DNA of 64,000 nucleotides from IMG/VR virus record IMGVR_UViG_3300025158_000017. One strand, given 5' to 3'. Under the pieces are notes generated by a model. The model worked only from the letters and a program-made list of their open reading frames with translations. It did not search any database and was not told the origin of the DNA. The DNA comes from an uncultured virus (IMG/VR IMGVR_UViG_3300025158_000017) (Duplodnaviria; Heunggongvirae; Uroviricota; Caudoviricetes). Of this stretch, positions 38,651-48,500 are shown one piece after another (the stretch's first letter is position 1; each line of letters opens with the position of its first letter). The position numbers were made by a program, and so were the translations under genes.

Positions 38651-39457
38651 ATGGCATATCAAGATGAAGAAACTGGTTTGACATCAGGAAGGCCAATTGA
38701 GCTTTATTCCTTTGATGGAACTTATAACGATTATTATTTGACGAGTTACTCATTACCTGTCACTTCTAATGCTCGTTTATTTACTCCAATAATGATTTCA
38801 CGAAATAAACTGAAAGTTGCAACTCAGGAAGAAACTGAGAATGCACTTGAAATTACTATGCCATTTGATCATCCTCTAGTGAACGAGTATGCTTATCAGA
38901 ATGCTCCACCAGATCTCGTTTTCACATTGAGTCGTGCTCATGAAACAGATCTAAATGATACAGTTGTTTTATGGAATGGAAGGGTTACTGGTTTTTCTGT
39001 AGAAGGAAGAATTGCAAAACTCAAAGTTCCAGCTTTAATGTCTTATGCATTGAATGGTAATGCTCCAACTCCAAGATATCAAGCACCATGTAATCATATT
39101 TTATATGATTCAAGATGTAGAGTAGATCCAGCAACAAATCAGCATGTGACGACAGTAACACAAATCACTGGCAACATTATCACTGTTGCTTCATATCCTT
39201 GGGCTCCTGGTGATGCTGTTGCAGGCCAATTCATCTCACCTGCTGGAGAACAAAGAATGATTATTTCTACTGTTGGAAATGACATAACTGTTACATATCC
39301 ATTTGCCAGTATAAATATTGGTGATAGTGTGACTTTGCGTAAAGGTTGCGATCATGCTTTTGATGGTGATTGTAAAAACAAATTCTCAAATGGAGCTAGA
39401 TTTGGTGGTTTCCCAATAGTTCCAGCACGTAACCCTTTCACGAGCACACTCACATGA
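38651..39457 (+). CDS. Baseplate hub, DUF2163/BR0599 (GTA-like) family
   Basis: P.ELY.F, YQ.PC.H.LYD..C, GCDH....C..KF.N..RFGGFP. Confidence 0.85.
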   Translation: MAYQDEETGLTSGRPIELYSFDGTYNDYYLTSYSLPVTSNARLFTPIMISRNKLKVATQEETENALEITMPFDHPLVNEYAYQNAPPDLVFTLSRAHETDLNDTVVLWNGRVTGFSVEGRIAKLKVPALMSYALNGNAPTPRYQAPCNHILYDSRCRVDPATNQHVTTVTQITGNIITVASYPWAPGDAVAGQFISPAGEQRMIISTVGNDITVTYPFASINIGDSVTLRKGCDHAFDGDCKNKFSNGARFGGFPIVPARNPFTSTLT

Positions 39458-42400
39458 TATGGTTCACACTCGCACTATTTGTTGTCTCATTTATTCTTAC
39501 TGCTTTGTTGGCTCCGAAGCCAAAGCTAGAGAATGCTAGAGCTCGAAGTCTTGATGACGTTGATTTTCCAAGAGCCACAGAAAACGCTCCTATTCCGTTA
39601 GTCCTTGGGACTATTCGAATGGCTGCACCAAATGTGATTTGGTATGGAAATTTCAAAACTGTTCCAATTAAAGAGAAAGTAAAAACTGGTCTATTTTCAT
39701 CTAAGAAAGTGATTGTGGGTTATAGATACTTTCTATCAATGGATATGGCTCTTGCTATGGGCGAGGGTGTAACTCTACGTGAAATATATGTTGATGATAA
39801 ACTTGCTTGGTCTGGTGACACAGGTGGTGGAGCAGCTTATTCTTTGTCTGGGGTTGGAATAAGTTTTGGTGGCTATAAAGAAGGTGGTGCAATGAACATG
39901 GGTGGAACTTTCTACTCTGGTTCATTTGATATTGCCGATCAACCAGTAGATACTTTCATTGAAGGACTAGTTGGTTCTGGTGGTGTTCCTGCTTATCTTG
40001 GAACTTCTCATCTTGTTCTTGATGGAGAGCTTGGAGAGTCTGCTCAACTTCGTAAAATGGCATTTGTTCTAGAGCGTTTCACTAATCAATTAGGTTTGGT
40101 GAACAATGGGCAAATTGGTGTTGATATGAATCCAGCAGAAGCAATCTATCAATTAATGACAGACACATGGAATGGACTTGGGCTGTCTCCTTCTATAATT
40201 GATATTACAACTCTTCAAAATATTGGTCAAGTTCTTTATGATGAAAGTAATGGAGTTTCTGTTCAAGTTACTGCTGAAACTGATGGGAAAACAGTTCTCA
40301 ATGAAATTCTAAGACAAATTGATGGTGTTGCTTATCAAGATCCAGAAACAGGAAAAATTATTTTTAAATTGATCAGAGAAGATTATGATGTCGATTTGCT
40401 CGATACATATGATGAAGATTCAATATTGAAAATCAATAATTTTTCACGTTCAGGTTGGGACGAAGTAATTGCCCAAGTTAAAGTCAGTTTCCCACAAAGG
40501 GACAAAGAAAGTGATGCTGTCGCTATTTCTCAAGATATGGCTACTGCTGGCATGATTGGTCGCCTTAGAAGCACAACTATCTCAATGCCTTTTTGTTATG
40601 ATGCAACTCTTGCAAATAAAATTGCATCTAGAGAAAGAGCTCAACTTTCAGTGCCTCTTTTCAGAATGACTATTGAAATGAATAGAAATGGAAATAGGCT
40701 GCGTCCAGGAGATGTTTTCAAAGTAAATTGGCCAGATTATAGTATAACTTCTATTGTTATGAGAGTTCAACAATTTGATTTTGGATCGCTTCTAGAGGGG
40801 AAATTAGTTGTTCAATGTCTTCAAGATAATTTTGCTCTCTCTGATGTTGTTCTTGCTCCTCCTCCTGAAAGTAATTGGGTTGCTCCAGTGGTTGCTCCAG
40901 AAGAGATTCTTGTTCAAGAACTTCTTGAAATGCCTCGGTTCTTTATGAATAGAGTTCAATTCCCAATTGCAGATGGAAAAGCTGGTGTTATTCCTCTTGC
41001 ATTGAAACCTAGCACAGCATCATCTTCATTTGATTTGCTTTCTGGAATTGTTAGTGGAGATCTTGATGTTCGTGAACCTCAGCAAGCTACGTATCCGACA
41101 ACTGGTAATCTACTCGCAGAATATGATAGAATGGAAGGTTTTGTAACTGGAGTAGACTCTGTAGGTTTCGATGTTATCAACGTAGTAGGAGAAGATGGAT
41201 TTCTACCTGCTGGATCATTGACAGAGCTTAGAGAAGGTGAAACTGGTTTGCTTTATGCAAATGGTGAATTTATGGGTTTCACTTCTGCTGTTGATAATAT
41301 GGATGGCTCATGGACCATCAGCAATGTTTATCGTGGTCTTCTTGGAACTTCTCCAAAAACTCATCCAATAAATACACGAGTTTGGCAAATAACTCCAGAG
41401 CTTTATGGTGAAGGAAATCAAGACAATCTTTCTGAAACTGGAACTCTATATTATAAGCTGCTTGACCGAGTGGGTCCATCCGCAATAGATCCTGATGATA
41501 TAACTCAGGAAAATCAAACAATGGCTCGTTTTGCACGACGCCCTCAAAGAGTTAGAAATCTTCAACTCGATGGAAATAGAAATTCTTTTGTTGCTAATAA
41601 CTCAACAGGAGTTACAACTGTGTCTTGGGCAAGATCTGATAGAGAAGCTTCTTTAATCACAATAGAAACAGATCCTGATGAAACTCCAGATATATCTGAT
41701 GCACTTGCTGAAGAATATGATATTGAACTTTATCATGAAGGAGTTCTAATTTATAGTGATCTTGCTCAACCTGGACCGACATCTGATACAATTAACTTTG
41801 GAGCTTATACTCTTTCTGGTGATGGAGAAATTAGAGTAATTCCTCGCTGGGAATATAATCCTGCTGCTGATGTATTTGCGTTTGATTATTCTTTTCTTCC
41901 CTTCACTTGGGATCAAGTCCTGCTTTCTGCGGCTTACAAGAATGCTGGAAACCACGTCATCATTGAAAGCGGAACTAGCATCAACATTCCATATCCAACG
42001 AGTTTGAATGCTGGTGATCTTCTGCTGCTCACGATCATGGCTCGTTCTGATGTTATGACACCAACCGGCTGGGTTCTACTTGAGCGTCAAGACGGCCCGC
42101 TCAATAGGATCTATATCTTCGGTCGTCGTTCTAACGGAACAGAAAGCGGGAACATAACGATCAGTCAAGCAGTCGCGAACCGTTTCATAGGGCAAATCGC
42201 TGCATTCGAAGGATACTCTGGTGTTCCGTCTTTCTATACTGAAGTAGAAGGAACGAATTTGAACCAGAGTCCTCCTTTCACTGCTGGTTCATCTGTGATT
42301 GACTACGACGACACTATCGTCTTTACGACAATGGCGAACCATCTTTCTAAAGTAGGAATTACTATTGAAATAGAAGCAGGCTATACCCAAATCAGCCCAA

Positions 42401-43257
42401 TAACAATCAATCAGAACAGGCTCGGTATCGGTATTTCTGCTCAGAGAGATATCGGAACTGATGATCCAGGTATCGTCTGGACTAGCAACGTCGGCGGCTC
42501 TACGAACAATATCTCGTTCATCACTGGTCATATCACTGATGCCTTTGATGTGAAGCTGTTCAACTATCCGAACACTCCAACTGGTGGAATCCTCTACAGG
42601 TTCGAGAATGATCATGTTTGGGAAGACATTCTTCTTTCGAACTCTGCAGAGAATGGCGATCTCATCATGGCACTGACTGATCTCAGTGGCAACAGCCAGA
42701 ATGCGACTCAGGGTAGCACTGGTTTCTCTCCGACTTATGATCTCACAAACCGCGACGCTATCTTTGCTACTAACAATAGAATGATAACTTCGGAACTTCC
42801 CAATGCAGCACAGGGTTCGTTCTTTGCTCGTTTCCGCGCGAATACTGGAGCCACTGGAACTCAAACTTTTATTGGATCTGCTAACGGGTCTAACAGAGCT
42901 TGGATCTCGCTGACGAACGGTATCGCCTCTATGGGTCTTGGTTCTGTTGGGTCTAATATGTTCCAGGATCTAGGGATTGTCGATCTTCGCTCTGCTACTG
43001 ATTGGCACACCATTGTCAGCACTTGGGATGGAACTGATATGTTCCTCTATGTCGACGGTGTGCAGGTAAACACAACTGCGAAAGCTGGAACGATCTCTAA
43101 TCAAGCAATGTATATCGGCGGAAGGCATACTGGTTCAGGTTTGGTAGACAACTTCTTCAACGGAGACATCTTCGCAGTCGGCTATATCGATCGCACTCTA
43201 ACTGCGACTGAAGTCGCGATCCTCGATCAATACTATAGACTGGCACAGACATCATGA
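39454..43257 (+). CDS. Central tail tip/host-specificity protein with C-terminal LamG-like domain
   Basis: FP.A.E..PIP.V.GT, PAY.G, NPAE.IY, RG.LGT; C-terminal WH.I..TWDG..M.LYVDG, IGG, F.GDI. Confidence 0.85.
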   Translation: MIWFTLALFVVSFILTALLAPKPKLENARARSLDDVDFPRATENAPIPLVLGTIRMAAPNVIWYGNFKTVPIKEKVKTGLFSSKKVIVGYRYFLSMDMALAMGEGVTLREIYVDDKLAWSGDTGGGAAYSLSGVGISFGGYKEGGAMNMGGTFYSGSFDIADQPVDTFIEGLVGSGGVPAYLGTSHLVLDGELGESAQLRKMAFVLERFTNQLGLVNNGQIGVDMNPAEAIYQLMTDTWNGLGLSPSIIDITTLQNIGQVLYDESNGVSVQVTAETDGKTVLNEILRQIDGVAYQDPETGKIIFKLIREDYDVDLLDTYDEDSILKINNFSRSGWDEVIAQVKVSFPQRDKESDAVAISQDMATAGMIGRLRSTTISMPFCYDATLANKIASRERAQLSVPLFRMTIEMNRNGNRLRPGDVFKVNWPDYSITSIVMRVQQFDFGSLLEGKLVVQCLQDNFALSDVVLAPPPESNWVAPVVAPEEILVQELLEMPRFFMNRVQFPIADGKAGVIPLALKPSTASSSFDLLSGIVSGDLDVREPQQATYPTTGNLLAEYDRMEGFVTGVDSVGFDVINVVGEDGFLPAGSLTELREGETGLLYANGEFMGFTSAVDNMDGSWTISNVYRGLLGTSPKTHPINTRVWQITPELYGEGNQDNLSETGTLYYKLLDRVGPSAIDPDDITQENQTMARFARRPQRVRNLQLDGNRNSFVANNSTGVTTVSWARSDREASLITIETDPDETPDISDALAEEYDIELYHEGVLIYSDLAQPGPTSDTINFGAYTLSGDGEIRVIPRWEYNPAADVFAFDYSFLPFTWDQVLLSAAYKNAGNHVIIESGTSINIPYPTSLNAGDLLLLTIMARSDVMTPTGWVLLERQDGPLNRIYIFGRRSNGTESGNITISQAVANRFIGQIAAFEGYSGVPSFYTEVEGTNLNQSPPFTAGSSVIDYDDTIVFTTMANHLSKVGITIEIEAGYTQISPITINQNRLGIGISAQRDIGTDDPGIVWTSNVGGSTNNISFITGHITDAFDVKLFNYPNTPTGGILYRFENDHVWEDILLSNSAENGDLIMALTDLSGNSQNATQGSTGFSPTYDLTNRDAIFATNNRMITSELPNAAQGSFFARFRANTGATGTQTFIGSANGSNRAWISLTNGIASMGLGSVGSNMFQDLGIVDLRSATDWHTIVSTWDGTDMFLYVDGVQVNTTAKAGTISNQAMYIGGRHTGSGLVDNFFNGDIFAVGYIDRTLTATEVAILDQYYRLAQTS

Positions 43258-43493
43258 ACACAGAACAGAGATTTCAGCATCGCCGTCGCATTGCGAAGAT
43301 CAGCTTCTTCTTGATGTCAAGTTTCATCGTGGTCCTTGTCTCTCTTGGGCTATACAGTGCTGAGCTTGCCCAAAGGATGGAGGACATGCGCTGGCTCATA
43401 ACGACTGCAACTGGTCTCTGGTCCACTCTGATCCTCGGCTATTATATCGCTGCAAGCTATGAGCAGGGAAGAATGACAAATGAAGAACGCTAG
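43254..43493 (+). CDS. Holin-like two-TM protein
   Basis: HRRRIA then two TM segments; first lysis-region gene. Confidence 0.55.
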   Translation: MNTEQRFQHRRRIAKISFFLMSSFIVVLVSLGLYSAELAQRMEDMRWLITTATGLWSTLILGYYIAASYEQGRMTNEER

Positions 43494-43634
43494 GGACGTC
43501 CAGGGACGCCCGCAACGGCTGGCAGGTGGTAGGGTAGCAGGCAGGGGGCACAAGCGGCCCTCTGGCGCATCCTGTGGCGGCGCTGGTGGTATGGTAGGGC
43601 GTTGCTTTGCATCCAGCACGTCCAGGGAGGTCAC

Positions 43635-44009
43635 ATGTTTATATCGCTTTTAACAACATGGTTTGGAACACGCCTTGGGGTTGCATTATCCCGCGTTTTA
43701 CCGTATATCTTGGCAATTCTCCTCGTGGTGGGAGTCGGTCTTTATATATCGTGGTCTTCATATAACCGTGGGGTTGAAGATACCACTCAAAGATATGAAA
43801 TTTTAGCTGCAGAAGAACGTGATCGTTTAAATGCTGCTAATCAATCAGCCCTACGGAAATCAAATGAAAAAATAGAAGAACTTGAAGAGTTTCTGAAAGA
43901 GAAAAATGCTGAGATCTTGGATCTCCAAATTAAAGCTGGTGAAGATGTTGACGCCGATCGTCCTGCTATCAACTCTGGTAGCGTGCAGCGAATCAATCGG
44001 ATCCGTTGA
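43635..44009 (+). CDS. i-spanin (Rz-like)
   Basis: N-terminal TM then coiled coil; RBS GGAGG. Confidence 0.7.
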   Translation: MFISLLTTWFGTRLGVALSRVLPYILAILLVVGVGLYISWSSYNRGVEDTTQRYEILAAEERDRLNAANQSALRKSNEKIEELEEFLKEKNAEILDLQIKAGEDVDADRPAINSGSVQRINRIR

Positions 44010-44220
44010 ACCACCGAGTCTAGCTTCTCCTCGTTCTGAGTTGTTAAAAGAGTGTGCTCAACCTGTTCTTCTTCCTGATAAATCATTATCACAATTTGAA
44101 GTTGAAAAATTCTGGATTCGTGATAGAATAAATCTTATAGAATGTGCCAAGTATAAAACTCTTTTACAAGATTTTTATGCAGATCGGGATGCGAAAATTC
44201 AAGGAAACAAAATTGAGTGA
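43945..44220 (+). CDS. o-spanin (Rz1-like lipoprotein)
   Basis: MLTPIVLLSTLVAC lipobox, overlaps i-spanin, Pro-rich, DR..L.EC. Confidence 0.75.
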   Translation: MLTPIVLLSTLVACSESIGSVEPPSLASPRSELLKECAQPVLLPDKSLSQFEVEKFWIRDRINLIECAKYKTLLQDFYADRDAKIQGNKIE

Positions 44221-44440
44221 GCAATTGGAACAGCGAATCAAAACATTAGAAGATTGGAAATATACCCAAACTACTGACGCGGCGGTTAGGGCTGAAAGAG
44301 ACAGACACATGAACAAACGATTCGACAAACTTGAAGAGGGTGTCGGAGAAGTGAAGGGCTATCTTCTTCGTATTGTTTGGGTTATTATCATGGGTATTAT
44401 AGGATCATTAATGACATTTCTAATTCAAGGGGGGCTTTAA
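44144..44440 (+). CDS. Coiled-coil plus C-terminal TM protein (holin/XhlA-like; start likely ~44213)
   Basis: LEQRIKTLE, RFDKLE, C-terminal hydrophobic helix. Confidence 0.6.
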   Translation: MPSIKLFYKIFMQIGMRKFKETKLSEQLEQRIKTLEDWKYTQTTDAAVRAERDRHMNKRFDKLEEGVGEVKGYLLRIVWVIIMGIIGSLMTFLIQGGL

Positions 44441-44871
44441 TGTTGTCCCGTGAAAAACAGCTTCATAGATTTTTAAGTTTTCCGATTCTTTATCTTTTGA
44501 TACTACTCGGATTTATTCCTATCATGTGGCCTATATTTTCACAGTATGAAGGAGAATATTTTCCAGTCATAAAAAATGTTCAGATTTCTGATACAAAAGA
44601 AATTGAGACAGGATTAGTTATTTCACTTTCATTTGATAAAGTTAGATCATGTGAATTTGTTGGATTATCTTGGTTCAATCAAATTGGAAATAGAATCATA
44701 ATTCAATTTGAATCTACATCAGCTTCTTTACCATATTCAAGACCAGTTTATAATAATCAAAAAGCTGGTCCATGGGAATTAACTGGTTTGAAGAGTTTAG
44801 AAAACACAATAGCGATAGTAAGCCATAGATGCCATCCTTTGTGGATTACATATACTAAATTCTATCCATAG
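44440..44871 (+). CDS. Membrane-anchored hypothetical protein
   Basis: N-terminal TM; KVRSCEF, HRCHPLW. Confidence 0.6.
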   Translation: MLSREKQLHRFLSFPILYLLILLGFIPIMWPIFSQYEGEYFPVIKNVQISDTKEIETGLVISLSFDKVRSCEFVGLSWFNQIGNRIIIQFESTSASLPYSRPVYNNQKAGPWELTGLKSLENTIAIVSHRCHPLWITYTKFYP

Positions 44872-44880
44872 GAGTGAGAT

Positions 44881-45690
44881 ATGAAAGATAATCTAGAAAC
44901 TGCGACTAATTGGATTTTAGTTCATGAAGGTGGTTATGTGAATCACCCAGACGATCCAGGTGGTGCAACGAATAAAGGTATTATACAGACAACCTATGAT
45001 GCTTTCAGGCGCAGAAAAGGTTTGAAAAGTCGATCTGTTAAGAGCATCACAAACTCAGAAGTTTTAGAAATCTACAAAGATCAGTATTGGGACAAAGTTT
45101 GGGGTGATCATCTACCAAATGGTCTAGACTATGCAATGTATGATTTTGCAATCAATTCAGGCCCAAGTAGAGCAATAAAATTTCTCCAAGAACTAGTTCA
45201 TGTTAAAGCTGATGGAATTCTTGGAAATATTACTCTCGATGCAATTAGATCCAGTGATAATATTGAATCACTTATAACAGATTTATGTTATAAGCGTTGG
45301 GGATGGTTGAAAAGACTCAGACATTACAAGACTTTCGGTAAAGGTTGGACTCGTCGTGTAATGGGAGAGGAAGAAGGTTTTCAGGAAAGAGATATCGGAG
45401 TTATTGATAGAGCAGTAATGCTTTATAGAAAAGATTTGAATATTCCTGCCCCCAGAAAAGTTAATGATGGCTCTAATCAGAAAACTGATGATGAGCCTTT
45501 GTCTCGAACTGAAGAAGTAAAAGATGGTCTAACTCTAGACAATGCAGCTAAAATCGGTGCTGGTTCTCTTCCTGCATGGATGACGGCTGCTGCTGCACTT
45601 CCTGAAGGTCCATTACAGTGGGCATTCGCTGCTGGTGCTGTCATGGTGTTTGGAATAGTTGCATTCTGGCTAGTCAAGCGATTGCGCTAA
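44881..45690 (+). CDS. Endolysin, glycoside hydrolase family 108
   Basis: HEGGYVNHPDDPGGATNKGI, YW, DFAINSG, ADG..G..T, FGKGW.RR. Confidence 0.9.
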   Translation: MKDNLETATNWILVHEGGYVNHPDDPGGATNKGIIQTTYDAFRRRKGLKSRSVKSITNSEVLEIYKDQYWDKVWGDHLPNGLDYAMYDFAINSGPSRAIKFLQELVHVKADGILGNITLDAIRSSDNIESLITDLCYKRWGWLKRLRHYKTFGKGWTRRVMGEEEGFQERDIGVIDRAVMLYRKDLNIPAPRKVNDGSNQKTDDEPLSRTEEVKDGLTLDNAAKIGAGSLPAWMTAAAALPEGPLQWAFAAGAVMVFGIVAFWLVKRLR

Positions 45691-45943
45691 GTATGGTCAG
45701 TATGGTCAGGAAGAAAAATGTAAACCATTGTCTAGCATACATAAAACTTCACTGACCATACTTGACACACATGCCGCACACAATTTGCAAGCCAAGGCTA
45801 TCAGCTATTTCCTGGCAACCTAAAAACAGTATGACAAGTATGGTAAGTATGGTCAGTGACAAATTAACCCAATAGAGACAAGCACTTAGAATGGTCATAC
45901 TTTATTTCTTTTTGATTTTCAAAGTATGGTAAGTATGGTCAGG
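45689..45943. repeat. Iteron-like 9-bp AGTATGGT(A/C) repeat cluster
   Basis: Tandem copies at 45690, 45828-45856 and 45923-45942, inverted copy at 45752. Confidence 0.8.
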
Positions 45944-46004
45944 ATAAATGGAACTAGTCGTGCCTGTTTACTTGGGCTAGTATAAAATTAGAAAAGGAGC
46001 AAAT

Positions 46005-47474
46005 ATGGATATTCATAGCTACCCGCATCAAATAGAGCCTTTTTCTCATCAAAGAAAACACTTAGAAAATCATATGATGAAAAAGTCATGGGGTTTATTG
46101 TGGGAACAGGGAACAGCAAAAACGAAACCTATTATTGATACAGCTTCAATCATGTATATGAATGGAGAAATCAATGGTTTACTAGTTGTCGCTCCTCCAG
46201 GAGTTGAGCGCAATTGGAACACAGATGAAATTCCAGCACATATGCCTCCAGAAGTTGCATTAGAGACAATGGTGCAAGTTTTTAAAACTGCGAAAAAAGG
46301 AACACAGCACCATAAAAGATCCATGAATAGTTTATTCAATCATAATGGTCTTGCTGTTCTTTTGATGAGCTATAATGCTTTCATGACAAAAGAAGGTAAA
46401 GAGCTTGTATGGAAATTTCTAAAGAATAAAGAAGTTCTTTATGTTCTTGATGAGGCACATAATATCAAGTCACCTGCTGCAAAGAGAACAAAATCTATAG
46501 TTGCATCTGCAAAATATGCTAAGTATAGAAGAATTCTAACTGGAACTCCAATGTCAGTCGGCCCATTTGATTTGTATAGTCAAATCCGTTTTCTTGACGA
46601 GTGGTTTTGGAAGAATAAAGGTATTCATGGAACTGTAGAATTTCGAAACTATTTTGGGCGATGGTTCACTGCTGCTGATTGTAAGAAATTACATGGTTAT
46701 GATCCAGGATATGACAAACTAATTGAGTATCAAAATCTTGATAAATTAGAATCTTGGCTTTCAGAAATTACTGATCGCGTTTTGAAAGATGATGTTCTTG
46801 ATCTGCCTCCGAAACTTTATCAAAAACGATATTTTGAAATGTCTCATGAGATGCGTGTTTCATATGAACAACTTAAAGAAGAGATGATGTTGGAAATCGG
46901 TGATACTTTAATCACAGCAGAACTTCCAATTGTTATGCTTCTACGACTTCAACAAATTACATGCAATTATGTTCCTGTTGGAGAAGACGAACCAGTCCAC
47001 ATGTTTTCAAAACAAAATCCTAGAATGAATGTGATGGAAGCAATCCGTGATGAGACTTATAGTCCTGGAATTGTTTGGGCTAGATTCCGTCATGATATTG
47101 ATCAAATCATGGATCTATTAGGTAAGAATGCTGTTCGTTATGATGGAGCTGTTGATGATGATACTGCTGAAAGAAATAAGCTCGCTTTCCAAAAAGGTGA
47201 TGTTCAGTGGTTCGTTGGTAATGCTCAAAAGGGCGGTTCTGGTCTGACTCTAACTCAAGCAAAGACAATGGTTTATTATTCTAATTCTTTTAGACTAATA
47301 GATCGACTTCAATCTGAAGATCGCGCACACCGCGGAGGCATGGACGAGCATCCAGTCAATTATATTGATATCATGAGTGATGCTCATATTGATGAACATA
47401 TCGTCACTAATTTACGCAATAAACGTGATGTTTCTGCAAAAATCCTTGGCGACAATCTCAAGGAGTGGATATGA
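46005..47474 (+). CDS. SNF2/SF2 DNA helicase
   Basis: EQGTAKT, DEAH, LTGTP, QSEDRAHR. Confidence 0.9.
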   Translation: MDIHSYPHQIEPFSHQRKHLENHMMKKSWGLLWEQGTAKTKPIIDTASIMYMNGEINGLLVVAPPGVERNWNTDEIPAHMPPEVALETMVQVFKTAKKGTQHHKRSMNSLFNHNGLAVLLMSYNAFMTKEGKELVWKFLKNKEVLYVLDEAHNIKSPAAKRTKSIVASAKYAKYRRILTGTPMSVGPFDLYSQIRFLDEWFWKNKGIHGTVEFRNYFGRWFTAADCKKLHGYDPGYDKLIEYQNLDKLESWLSEITDRVLKDDVLDLPPKLYQKRYFEMSHEMRVSYEQLKEEMMLEIGDTLITAELPIVMLLRLQQITCNYVPVGEDEPVHMFSKQNPRMNVMEAIRDETYSPGIVWARFRHDIDQIMDLLGKNAVRYDGAVDDDTAERNKLAFQKGDVQWFVGNAQKGGSGLTLTQAKTMVYYSNSFRLIDRLQSEDRAHRGGMDEHPVNYIDIMSDAHIDEHIVTNLRNKRDVSAKILGDNLKEWI

Positions 47475-47809
47475 CTGTTTATGTAGTCCAGCAACAAATG
47501 AAATTTGATCAAGTGAAAAAAGAACTTGTTCCTCGTTTCATAAGTATTAATAAAGCAGAAAAATGGGGGGAGATACAATATCTTCTTTCTCCTAGTGCTC
47601 ATCCTTTTAATCCTGAACTTGTGCTTGGTGATCTTCATGAAAAACTATCCGGTTTTTCTGATGATGATTTCCTCTTACTCATCGGCAATCCAGGTTTAAT
47701 TGGAATGGCAACTGCTCTAGCATCTCACTATAATGATGGTAGAGTTAAATTTCTTCAATGGAGTGGTAGACATAATGAATATACTGAAATCATAGTTAAG
47801 ATCTATTAG
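47471..47809 (+). CDS. Hypothetical protein
   Basis: DDFLLLIGNP; RBS AGGAG. Confidence 0.65.
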   Translation: MTVYVVQQQMKFDQVKKELVPRFISINKAEKWGEIQYLLSPSAHPFNPELVLGDLHEKLSGFSDDDFLLLIGNPGLIGMATALASHYNDGRVKFLQWSGRHNEYTEIIVKIY

Positions 47810-47873
47810 ACAAATATTGCTTGTCTTTTTACAGGGCTACTAGTAATTTAGTCAGGCTAGTAGGGGACATCTA

Positions 47874-48425
47874 ATGGATGAATATGCAGCTTTTCGTGAT
47901 AAACCAAGCAGCAATTTAACAACTGTTCTAAGACAGTTAGCTGATGAGTATTTAGCAGCAGAAACTGAAATAATTCAAATCGAAGCAAAATTAGAATTTG
48001 CAAAATCTGTTATGAAAGATATTGCAGAAGTTCGTATTCCACAAGCAACTGATGGCATGGATGGAAAATTCAATCTAGGTGATGGAAGAGAACTTCAAGT
48101 AAAAGAAGAAATTAGATCAAGCATTGCTGGTGATAAACGTATTCCAGCTATAAACTGGCTTGATGAACATGATTATGGTCATATTGTCAAGCGAGAAGTA
48201 ATTATTGAGTTTGGTAAAGGTGAAACAGAAAGAACAGAAGCCTTTCTAAAAGCGTTGAAATCTATTGAAAAAGAACTCGGAACATTGGTTGTGAAAACAA
48301 ATTTCACTGTGCATCATGCAACTCTCAACTCTTGGGTTAAAGAACAACTTAGTGAAGGAGTTAATCTTCCAGTTGATATTTTCGGAATTTTCCGCCAAAG
48401 AACAGCGAAAGTCAAAGAATTGTAA
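47874..48425 (+). CDS. Conserved replication-module protein
   Basis: WL.EHDYG.IVK, VHHATL.SWVKE; promoter TTGTCT-17-TAATTT upstream. Confidence 0.7.
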   Translation: MDEYAAFRDKPSSNLTTVLRQLADEYLAAETEIIQIEAKLEFAKSVMKDIAEVRIPQATDGMDGKFNLGDGRELQVKEEIRSSIAGDKRIPAINWLDEHDYGHIVKREVIIEFGKGETERTEAFLKALKSIEKELGTLVVKTNFTVHHATLNSWVKEQLSEGVNLPVDIFGIFRQRTAKVKEL

Positions 48426-48500
48426 TCCTGCTCAACTAGGATAGTGTTGAGGCTGACCGCTGGTCATGTAACAAGAACCGATAGCCTATAGGAGCCCAAA

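Noticed and set aside
45689..45943. CRISPR array
   Set aside because: Repeats are 9 bp, irregularly spaced and partly inverted; no cas genes
48425..48500. tRNA or other RNA gene in intergenic gaps
   Set aside because: No cloverleaf or T-loop consensus found here or in the other gaps by eye
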